From an uncultured Roseobacteraceae bacterium (GTDB taxonomy: Bacteria > Bacteroidota > Bacteroidia > Cytophagales > Flammeovirgaceae): DNA of 64,000 nt. A program made the translations under genes and the position numbers. This document shows, piece after piece, positions 1 through 7,041 of this stretch; positions within the stretch are counted from its first letter, which is position 1; every line of letters starts with the position of its first letter. The notes under the pieces are model-generated. The model saw nothing but the letters and a program-made list of their open reading frames with translations. It was not told where the DNA came from and searched no databases. The stretch spans positions 1,164 through 65,163 of the forward strand of contig CAZRQL010000012.1 in NCBI GenBank assembly GCA_964602415.1, written 5' to 3'.

Positions 1-1260
1 AGGCTCTGATGAAGCACTTACGCTTTGTCTTTGGGCAAAAATAAGCCCTAAGTTTGACCGCCCCAAGACCTGCTGCTGCATGGTCAAAACGGTATAGTCT
101 TGGCTCAAAATACCGGCTTTGGGGTCTTTTGCGGTTCTTGTGTGGAGCAGCCCTGTGCGGGTTTTGGGGGTTATTTTGCCGCTGACTCTTGCCCCAAAAA
201 GGATGGGATTTTGTACGGTGGTCTTGGAGACCGTATCAAAGCCGATTCCGATGCGGCGCGAAAAAAAAGGCCTGATGTTGCGAAATCCGAAACGCGCAAA
301 TAAATCACTGTTTTCGACAAAAAACTGCCTGCGCTCGGGAAAAAATATTTCAAAACGCTCCAGATTGGTTACTTGTTGGTCAACCTCAACATTAGAAAAG
401 TCGGGGTTGATGGTCAAGTCCAGATTCAAAGAAGGAGTGAGGGGGACTTTGGCATCCAAACCCACTGCGCTTGAGGATTTTAGAGGTGTTTGGGCGGCAT
501 AATTTCGGCTAAGAAGCCCCGAACTGTACGGAATCAGTGAGAAATTTTTTACCGAAACGGGGGCTTTTTCCAAAAACGAGACCTCTTTGCAAAAGGCCAT
601 CGAAAGCACATCAAACTGCAAGGCCACAGGTTGCCAACTCGACCGCTCGTTGTGCTGCATGGAGTTGCGGATGAAGTTGATTTTCCAGCTATTGCGCCCC
701 GAAGTGTAACGCAAAGTAGAAAGCGGAATCCGCATCTCTACGCTCCAGCCCGAATCGTTAAGCGCAACAGACGATTTCCAAGGCATGTCCCAAGAGCTGT
801 CCAAAAAACGCCCATCACTTATCAAGGCCTCCAACTCTGCCCCAGCCGAACTCACCGAAAAAAAGAACCCATTCAGTCCATCGTGAAAAGGGTCTATCAC
901 CACACCAAAAGCATCATTTCTAAAAAAATCAAAATCCCGCCTCAACGATATATGAACGGGATTTTTTCTTGACTCAAAGCAAGTAGCGGCCAAGTAAAAA
1001 TGATTCTCATCGTAAGCCAGCCACACTTTGGTAGGCCACTGAGTGCCTCTAGATTGGGGGAAATTGACCCAAAAGTCTTGAGCAGGAGGATTGTTGAGCC
1101 AAACAGACTCATCCAGCCGACCGTCTATTGAGATGGTTTGGGATGAATAAACAATTCCAAATTCAGAAATATTTTGCGCAAATATTTTATTATCAATACA
1201 CAAAAAAGCCGCAACTAAAAGCCAACCAACCATAGACCTCATAAACTCAACTGGATTCAT
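1..1260 (-). CDS. Secreted CBM9-like/DUF5916 family protein (N-terminal part; C-terminus runs off the window start)
   Basis: Absent from the ORF track because it has no in-window stop. Manual minus-strand translation from the ATG at about 1260 gives MNPVEFMRSMVGWLLVAAFLC (signal peptide)...ISIDGRLDESVW...YDENHFYLAATCFE...NPDFSNVEVDQQVTNLERFEIFFPERRQFFVEN and stays open to position 1. The motifs match my recollection of DUF5916/CBM9-like proteins. Confidence 0.65.
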   Translation of the reverse strand, partial: MNPVEFMRSMVGWLLVAAFLCIDNKIFAQNISEFGIVYSSQTISIDGRLDESVWLNNPPAQDFWVNFPQSRGTQWPTKVWLAYDENHFYLAATCFESRKNPVHISLRRDFDFFRNDAFGVVIDPFHDGLNGFFFSVSSAGAELEALISDGRFLDSSWDMPWKSSVALNDSGWSVEMRIPLSTLRYTSGRNSWKINFIRNSMQHNERSSWQPVALQFDVLSMAFCKEVSFLEKAPVSVKNFSLIPYSSGLLSRNYAAQTPLKSSSAVGLDAKVPLTPSLNLDLTINPDFSNVEVDQQVTNLERFEIFFPERRQFFVENSDLFARFGFRNIRPFFSRRIGIGFDTVSKTTVQNPILFGARVSGKITPKTRTGLLHTRTAKDPKAGILSQDYTVLTMQQQVLGRSNLGLIFAQRQSVSASSEP

Positions 1261-1324
1261 GTACAAAACTGCAAAAAAATTGCCGAACCGTCTCTTTGTG
1301 AAATTCTGTTCGTACTTGCGTAGT

Positions 1325-2047
1325 TTAAGCCAAGAGCAAAACCAGAAAAGCCCTGTCAGCCCAAATCCTTTTGGTTTCTAACCTCAGACTGTCTGTATTG
1401 GATAAAAAAATATAAAAACCAGAAATTAATGCGAATAGAGTATAATCCCAATTAAAGATAACTGAAACAAAAAAATACGCAAAAATTAATTTACACAATA
1501 AAAAAAGCCATTTTTTTGTTGGTTTTTCCAAAAACTCACAAAGGCATAAATTGCAAAGAACCAATAAAAAACTGTTTAAAAAAGGGATAAATAAAATATC
1601 AAAATCCCTTTTTATCCATACAATAAGCCAGCATCCGACGGAGAATATAAAAGCAATGGCTATTTCTTTGATAAAGCCAAGGTTGATTTTTTTTATTGAA
1701 AATAAGAATACATAAGCCGCCACCAACAAAACGGCTATCGCACCAAATTTCAATATTTCCACACTCACAAAACTGCAAACGCCGGCTCCCAACAACAGGG
1801 CGGCAACAATACCCGCATAAAAATACGCTCTGTTGTGTAGATGAAACAAGTGTCTTTGTTTTGGAAAGGGATCCGACTGTAAGTGGTCTAAGCTGTAAAT
1901 GAGCCAAGTACACAAAGCTAAAAGCGTGTTTTCCAGCCAAAACCAGCCTGTTTTGCTCTGCTGCGCCGCCCAAAACGAAAGACAAAGCGCGGCCATGACA
2001 GCGTCAAAATTCAAATAATAAAACCACAAAGAAATTCGCTTAATCAA
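1325..2047 (-). CDS. Polytopic membrane protein of unknown function
   Basis: 240-aa ORF made almost entirely of hydrophobic helices (AGIVAALLLGAGVCSFV, AIAFIFSVGCWLIVWI). Its TTG start overlaps the nhaA stop as TTGA. An ATG about 51 nt downstream is an alternative start. No family recognised with confidence. Confidence 0.5.
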   Translation of the reverse strand: MIKRISLWFYYLNFDAVMAALCLSFWAAQQSKTGWFWLENTLLALCTWLIYSLDHLQSDPFPKQRHLFHLHNRAYFYAGIVAALLLGAGVCSFVSVEILKFGAIAVLLVAAYVFLFSIKKINLGFIKEIAIAFIFSVGCWLIVWIKRDFDILFIPFLNSFLLVLCNLCLCEFLEKPTKKWLFLLCKLIFAYFFVSVIFNWDYTLFALISGFYIFLSNTDSLRLETKRIWADRAFLVLLLA

Positions 2048-3402
2048 GCCTCTTTTTTTGAAAGCAAACCAAAACCCATCGCTCCGGCAAAAACTGAGGC
2101 TGTCAAGATTCCAAACTTAGCCTCCAACAAGAGTTCAGGGGCATCAAATGCCAAATCAGCAATAAACAAAGACATGGTAAACCCGATTCCGGCCAAAAAA
2201 CCCACCCCGACCAAATGCCTTAGGGTCATCTGTGCGGGCAGTTTGGCAAAGCCCAACTTGACGGCAAGCCAGCCAAAACCTACTACGCCCGCTACTTTGC
2301 CAAGCACCAAGCTCGTTGCCACCGCCATCGAAACTTCGCCCCACAAGCCGCTGCCATCTCCAAAACTGATTCCCGCATTGCTCAGTGCAAAAATGGGCAT
2401 CACCACAAAGGCTACGATTGGGTGCAAGCCGTGTTCGAGTCTTTGTAGGGGAGGGATGGCATTTTTGGAGAGCTTCCGCATGGTATTGAGAATGTAATAT
2501 TGCTCTTCCGTAACCGTAGAGACCTCATTGGGCTGAATTCCTTCAAATTTTTTTAGCAGGTTTCGTGCCTTGACCAGAAAAAACTTTTCGCGTATGTTGG
2601 TAGAAGCCGGAATGGTGAAAGCAGCCAACACCGCCGCAATGGTGGCGTGTACCCCCGACATCAAAAAAGCCAACCACAGCCCTCCAATCCCAAAAAAACC
2701 ATAAAAAACACTGTTTCTAATCCCGATAAGATTGCCCCCAATCATCACTGCCATCACAGCCGCGCCCACCGAAAGACTCAAAAAGTCAATTTGCGAAGAA
2801 TAAAAAAAGGCTATCACCAACACCGCCCCCAAATCATCCACAATGGCCAATACGGTAAGAAAAATTTTGAGCGAGTGCGGTATCCTGTCGCCCATAAAAT
2901 ACAATATACCCAAAGCAAAAGCTATATCTGTGGCCATAGGAATACCCCATCCGGCGCGTGCCTCTGGCGAAGAAACAAAAAAAATGTACAACAAAGCAGG
3001 CAATACCATTCCTCCGAGAGAAGCAAGCAAGGGCATGACGACATTTTTTGGGTTGCGCAGCTCATCGGCCACCAGTTCGCGCTTCAACTCCAATCCCACC
3101 ACGAAAAAAAACATAGCCATCAGCCCGTCATTGATCCAGTGGTGTAGCGATTTGTCTATTGCTTTGCCTAAAAAGCCTATCGAAAAGTGTAAGTTCCAGA
3201 TTTTGTGGTAGCTGTCTTGCCACGGCGAGTTAGCCCACACCAAGGCAACTATCGTGGCTGCAAACAAAACTGCTCCGCTCGCTTTGCTGTTGTTGATAAT
3301 GCGGTTGAAGGGATTAATCACCCACACATCAACGATTTCAGGCTTTTTCTGCAATTCTTCCATAAGGCTTTTTTCACAAAAATATACCAAAAGGCCACTC
3401 AA
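2044..3402 (-). CDS. nhaA: Na+/H+ antiporter NhaA
   Basis: Carries the NhaA signatures GIPMATDIAFALG and the paired Asp in LAIVDDLGAVLVIAFFY, with a multi-TM profile. The ORF-track start is TTG. The ATG at about 3363 (MEELQKKPEI) is the more likely start. Confidence 0.9.
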   Translation of the reverse strand: MSGLLVYFCEKSLMEELQKKPEIVDVWVINPFNRIINNSKASGAVLFAATIVALVWANSPWQDSYHKIWNLHFSIGFLGKAIDKSLHHWINDGLMAMFFFVVGLELKRELVADELRNPKNVVMPLLASLGGMVLPALLYIFFVSSPEARAGWGIPMATDIAFALGILYFMGDRIPHSLKIFLTVLAIVDDLGAVLVIAFFYSSQIDFLSLSVGAAVMAVMIGGNLIGIRNSVFYGFFGIGGLWLAFLMSGVHATIAAVLAAFTIPASTNIREKFFLVKARNLLKKFEGIQPNEVSTVTEEQYYILNTMRKLSKNAIPPLQRLEHGLHPIVAFVVMPIFALSNAGISFGDGSGLWGEVSMAVATSLVLGKVAGVVGFGWLAVKLGFAKLPAQMTLRHLVGVGFLAGIGFTMSLFIADLAFDAPELLLEAKFGILTASVFAGAMGFGLLSKKEA

Positions 3403-3441
3403 GGAAACTAATTATGGGTCTTTTGGTTAAATTTTTTAATT

Positions 3442-3470
3442 AAAAAAAGCCTGCCCTTTATCGGGCAGGC
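3442..3470 (-). terminator. Rho-independent terminator downstream of the desaturase gene
   Basis: On the minus strand, the stem GCCTGCCC/GGGCAGGC with a 6-nt loop is followed by a T7 run. It lies immediately 3' of the 3496..4278 CDS. Confidence 0.6.
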
Positions 3471-3495
3471 CAAACAAAAATCCAATGAATCAAAC

Positions 3496-4278
3496 TTACG
3501 ATACGTGGGGATTCAAATCTTGTATGTTATGGGTGTGGGCAGGCTTCATTTTGATGATTCCCAAGATGTGAAACAGCCTCATAATAGGGTGAATGGGGTC
3601 AAACTCAAACCACTTGACGGCGAAGTTGGGTTTGTTTGGATAGTGGTGGTGGTTGTTTTGGAACAACTCACCGGCCATCAAAAAGTCAACCACTAGGGTG
3701 TTTTTGGAGTTGTCCGATGAATTGAAATTGCGGTAGCCGTATTTGTGCCCTGCCCAGTTTACGATGGCTCCGTGTACAGGCCCCATCAAATAATGAATGG
3801 GCAAAAGAAGGTATAAATACCACATGGAGGCAGGCACAAAAACAAGATAAATCAACGTGTAAAAAGTGCCCCATCCGATGCGGGAAATCCATCCATTTGC
3901 AAAATTGTCAATGGCTTTCCACTCAGGCAAATCTTTAGCAAATCGCTCTTCGGGCATAACTTTGTAGCGTAAGAAATCAGTATAAACATTTTTGGTTTTC
4001 CACATCATGGAAAAAATATTTTTACTGTTAAGCGGCGAGTGCGGATCTTTTGGGGTGTCGCTGTAAGCGTGGTGCATGCGGTGCAAAATAGCATACGCAC
4101 GAGGGGTCAAATAGGAACTGCCCTGAGTGATATAAGTTAGAATGTAAAAAAAACGCTCCCAAAACTTATTCATCTCGAACATTTTGTGCGCCGAATAGCG
4201 GTGCAGAAAAAAGGTTTGGCAAAAAAGTGAGATGTACCAATGGATGATAACAAAAATTACTGCGAACATAGATTGCAA
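3496..4278 (-). CDS. Acyl-CoA (Delta9-type) membrane fatty-acid desaturase
   Basis: Three histidine boxes in the order typical of stearoyl-CoA desaturase-like enzymes (HRYSAHK, HRMHHAYSD, NNHHHYP), plus N-terminal TM helices. Confidence 0.85.
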   Translation of the reverse strand: MQSMFAVIFVIIHWYISLFCQTFFLHRYSAHKMFEMNKFWERFFYILTYITQGSSYLTPRAYAILHRMHHAYSDTPKDPHSPLNSKNIFSMMWKTKNVYTDFLRYKVMPEERFAKDLPEWKAIDNFANGWISRIGWGTFYTLIYLVFVPASMWYLYLLLPIHYLMGPVHGAIVNWAGHKYGYRNFNSSDNSKNTLVVDFLMAGELFQNNHHHYPNKPNFAVKWFEFDPIHPIMRLFHILGIIKMKPAHTHNIQDLNPHVS

Positions 4279-4383
4279 TTTGGCTTAAATATACGAATGC
4301 GAAAAATTTACTTTGCAAAAAAGAATAAAAATAGCACCCTACTTTTGAAATGAATGCTTTTTAAAGCATTATTATCTAAAAAC

Positions 4384-4893
4384 TTAGACTAAGGTAGTGC
4401 TTTTGATTTTTCCAAAAATCTCTTCCAGTTTTTTAAAACGGTAGTCAAAAATCTCATCCAATTTTGACTTTACATAAACCCAATTTGCCAAGTCTCCCAC
4501 CAATCCCAAAGGGACTTTGTAGTGAACAATGTCTTCCATGAGCACCCCTCCGCTTATAGGCTCAAAAAAGTGCTTGTGATGCCAAAAAGTATAAGGCCCA
4601 AAACGCTGTTCATCTACAAAAAAATGTGGCTCTTGCACGTGCGTAATCTCTGTAACCCAATTCATGGGCAGCCCCAAAATCGGACGAACAATATAAGTAA
4701 TCACTTGGCCGGGGTACATTTTTTGCCCTCGAAAGCCCGAGGTAATATCAAAGCCCATGTACGGCGGTGTGATGGTTTTCAAATTGGCCGGAGAAGAAAA
4801 AAAATCCCATGCTTCGGCCAAATTGATAGGCAGTTCCTGTTTGCGGCTCAAAACGTGTAATGACATATTTTTTTGATATATGACGAGAGTCAT
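4384..4893 (-). CDS. SRPBCC (START/polyketide-cyclase-like) superfamily protein
   Basis: 169-aa soluble ORF of the size and pattern of SRPBCC ligand-binding proteins. Its start overlaps the tsaC stop (ATGA). Family call by resemblance only. Confidence 0.55.
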   Translation of the reverse strand: MTLVIYQKNMSLHVLSRKQELPINLAEAWDFFSSPANLKTITPPYMGFDITSGFRGQKMYPGQVITYIVRPILGLPMNWVTEITHVQEPHFFVDEQRFGPYTFWHHKHFFEPISGGVLMEDIVHYKVPLGLVGDLANWVYVKSKLDEIFDYRFKKLEEIFGKIKSTTLV

Positions 4894-5585
4894 CGGACAA
4901 GTCCTTTGCCTTGTCGGATGAGTTCCAGACTGCCGCTACAGCCGTCAAAAACCGTAGAAGGCTCGATGCCGCCCATTCCCGCGTCCACAATCAACTCCAC
5001 CTCGCGTCCAAATACTTCCTGTATTTCCAAGGGGTCGGTGTAGTATTCAGTTACCTCGTCTTCGTTGGTCAGAGAGGCCGAAACCAACGGATTGCCAAGC
5101 TGTTGCACAATTTGCTGTGGTATGGGGTGGTCGGGTATTCTTACGCCCACTTCCCGCTTTTTGTAGTCGAAGATTTTGGGGACGTTGGTATTGGACTCCA
5201 AAATGAAGGTGTAAGGCCCTGGCAGCAAGCGTTTCATTTCCCTAAAAACCCCCGAAGATATGCTCTTGGTGTAATGGGTAATCTGCGCAAAATCACTACA
5301 AATAAAAGAAAGATGAAATTTTTGGGCTTTCAATTTTTTAAAACGACATACTTTATCTACCGCTTTGGAATTGAGCAAATCACAGCCCACTGCATACACG
5401 GTATCGGTAGGATAAATAATCAGGCCGCCATCTCTCAAAACTTGGACGATTTGTGCAACTTTTCTTGCATCCACACGATCGGGATGGATTTCTACCAATA
5501 CAGACATAGCGGTGCAAAGGTAGTTAAATACAAGGATTTCAGTGTTTCTGATGACAAAATCTTCAATGGCAGCCAAAAGAGCCAT
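4890..5585 (-). CDS. tsaC: L-threonylcarbamoyladenylate synthase (YrdC/Sua5 domain)
   Basis: YrdC-domain motifs IIYPTDTVYAVGCDL, LLPGPYTFIL and VRIPDHP. The likely true start is the internal ATG at about 5507 (MSVLVEIHPD). Confidence 0.85.
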   Translation of the reverse strand: MALLAAIEDFVIRNTEILVFNYLCTAMSVLVEIHPDRVDARKVAQIVQVLRDGGLIIYPTDTVYAVGCDLLNSKAVDKVCRFKKLKAQKFHLSFICSDFAQITHYTKSISSGVFREMKRLLPGPYTFILESNTNVPKIFDYKKREVGVRIPDHPIPQQIVQQLGNPLVSASLTNEDEVTEYYTDPLEIQEVFGREVELIVDAGMGGIEPSTVFDGCSGSLELIRQGKGLVR

Positions 5586-5636
5586 GATTTTTTTTACAAA
5601 ACAGCCTTCAAAGCAATCTTAGCTTAAATTTGGGGA

Positions 5637-6110
5637 ATGGAATGGGCAATTTTTGGATTTTTATGCTTGGTTTTTTTGACCGGCTCTTATTTGGTGGTTT
5701 TTCACAAAAAACTTATTTACAGTATATTAGGCTTTCTGCTCATCACGCTTGTGGTTGCTGGCGCAATGGCAGCACTGGGCGCGGAGATACCAGCAGTATC
5801 ACAAATTTTGATTTACAGCGGCGGACTGGTGGTACTATTGCTTTTTGCTCTTATGATATGGGCAAATACACCGGATTCCAAACCCAGATACAGAGCCGCT
5901 GCTGCTTTTTTGGCTTTATTGATGATGTGGCTCTTCGGAAATTTTGCACTTAGATTTTTAGAATTGCCACTCAATAAGCAAGATACCAACCTAAAAGAGT
6001 TTTCAGAGTATCTTTTCAGCAATTATTTTCTACCCTTTGAACTGTTGGGCGTGTTGCTCTTGCTCGTTCTGATTGGGTCTTTGTACTTGGTTTTTGACTC
6101 TAAGGATTGA
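5637..6110 (+). CDS. nuoJ: NADH-quinone oxidoreductase subunit J (isolated gene)
   Basis: 157-aa protein with a few TM helices and the NuoJ-like core LGAEIPAVSQILIYSGGLVVLLLFALMI. No other nuo gene is adjacent. Confidence 0.7.
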   Translation: MEWAIFGFLCLVFLTGSYLVVFHKKLIYSILGFLLITLVVAGAMAALGAEIPAVSQILIYSGGLVVLLLFALMIWANTPDSKPRYRAAAAFLALLMMWLFGNFALRFLELPLNKQDTNLKEFSEYLFSNYFLPFELLGVLLLLVLIGSLYLVFDSKD

Positions 6111-6348
6111 GTCTTTTGTTTTCGGAGCGACCATAAAGCCAGACCCCTCCCCCAATCAATAAAGGCAGCCACCACCCCGACACGATGGTAAGAACCGCTC
6201 CCAGACCATAGCCAATCCACTGGATGTTTTCTTTGGCTACATATTTCCACTGAAAACGCATCTTTCCGGCTTCAAAAAATGGGGCTAAGGCGGCAACGCC
6301 CAATACCACCCCTCCAACTATTCGTACTGTATCTAAAAGCCAAGACAT
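6100..6348 (-). CDS. Small membrane protein (about 82 aa, 2-3 TM helices)
   Basis: Internal ATG of the 116-aa ORF (MSWLLDTVRIVGGVVLGVAALAPFF...). A TATGTTTG -7 box lies about 21 nt upstream on the minus strand. The gene is divergent from the TerD gene. Confidence 0.45.
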   Translation of the reverse strand: MSWLLDTVRIVGGVVLGVAALAPFFEAGKMRFQWKYVAKENIQWIGYGLGAVLTIVSGWWLPLLIGGGVWLYGRSENKRLNP

Positions 6349-6369
6349 GATTTTTGAATTTTTGAAAAG

Positions 6370-6377
6370 CAAACATA
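6370..6377 (-). promoter_or_regulatory. Bacteroidota -7 promoter box (TATGTTTG) for the small membrane protein gene
   Basis: Exact TAnnTTTG match on the minus strand, about 21 nt upstream of the ATG at 6348. Confidence 0.4.
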
Positions 6378-6388
6378 TAAAAAAAATA

Positions 6389-6396
6389 TAAATTTG
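6389..6396 (+). promoter_or_regulatory. Bacteroidota -7 promoter box (TAAATTTG) for the TerD gene
   Basis: Exact TAnnTTTG match about 19 nt upstream of the ATG at 6415. Confidence 0.45.
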
Positions 6397-6414
6397 TGCA
6401 TCTGACAATAAATA

Positions 6415-7041
6415 ATGAGACAAACTACCAGAGAAGTCAATTTGACACAAGGTGCTACATGGACTTTAGACATTGAAAACAAAGACAATGAGGAGATTTG
6501 TATTGGTCTGAATTGGGGTGCTATCAAACACAAGACTTTCTTTGGGTTGTTCTCAAAGAGTGAGGATGTAGATTTAGACGCTTCCTTTTCTATTTATGAC
6601 CAGAGCAAAAAACATTTAGATACAGTTTATTACGGCAATCTCACTTCTTTCGATGGTGCGGTGAGGCACAGTGGCGACGACCGCAAGGGAGACTCTTCAG
6701 CAGGCAGTCTGGCCGACAACGAGGTCATAGAATTGGATTTAAAGAAAATATCTCCTGAGGTTCAATCTATTTACATATACCTCAATTCATACTCAGGAAA
6801 AGATTTTTCTGAAATACCCTATGTGAGAATAAAGGTGTACCAGGGCTTAACACCTTCAATTAGAAAGTCTCTGGTCACTTACACGGTCCCTGCTCATGCC
6901 AATCACCGCTTCAAAACCTGTATGATGATGATGGAAATCAGCAGGCAATCAGGCGGATGGACTTTCAAAGCCATCGGCCAGAGTCACGCTTCGAAAAAAA
7001 TCAAAGACATTCTTGATGTTATCGAGGACGAATACCTCTAA
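6415..7041 (+). CDS. TerD-domain stress-response protein
   Basis: TerD-domain pattern: IGLNWGA...DVDLDASFSIYD...VYYGNL...HSGDDRKGD...DNEVIELDL...IYIYLNSY. No terA/B/C/E/F/Z genes are nearby. Confidence 0.85.
   Translation: MRQTTREVNLTQGATWTLDIENKDNEEICIGLNWGAIKHKTFFGLFSKSEDVDLDASFSIYDQSKKHLDTVYYGNLTSFDGAVRHSGDDRKGDSSAGSLADNEVIELDLKKISPEVQSIYIYLNSYSGKDFSEIPYVRIKVYQGLTPSIRKSLVTYTVPAHANHRFKTCMMMMEISRQSGGWTFKAIGQSHASKKIKDILDVIEDEYL

Noticed and set aside
4911-5627. Long antisense ORFs lying fully inside recognised genes. They are 4911..5627(+) opposite tsaC, 27461..28225(-) opposite prfA, 37264..38079(-) opposite nuoD, 33153..33854(-) opposite purD, and 9729..10295(-) and 10389..10892(-) opposite dcd/kynU.
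   Set aside because: The opposite-strand genes carry unmistakable family motifs. The antisense translations are low-complexity and Arg/Gly/His-rich with no recognisable domains. They are typical shadow ORFs.
6415-7041. TerD as evidence of a tellurite-resistance (ter) operon or island.
   Set aside because: No other ter genes, no mobility genes and no compositional break. It is a single stand-alone TerD-domain gene.
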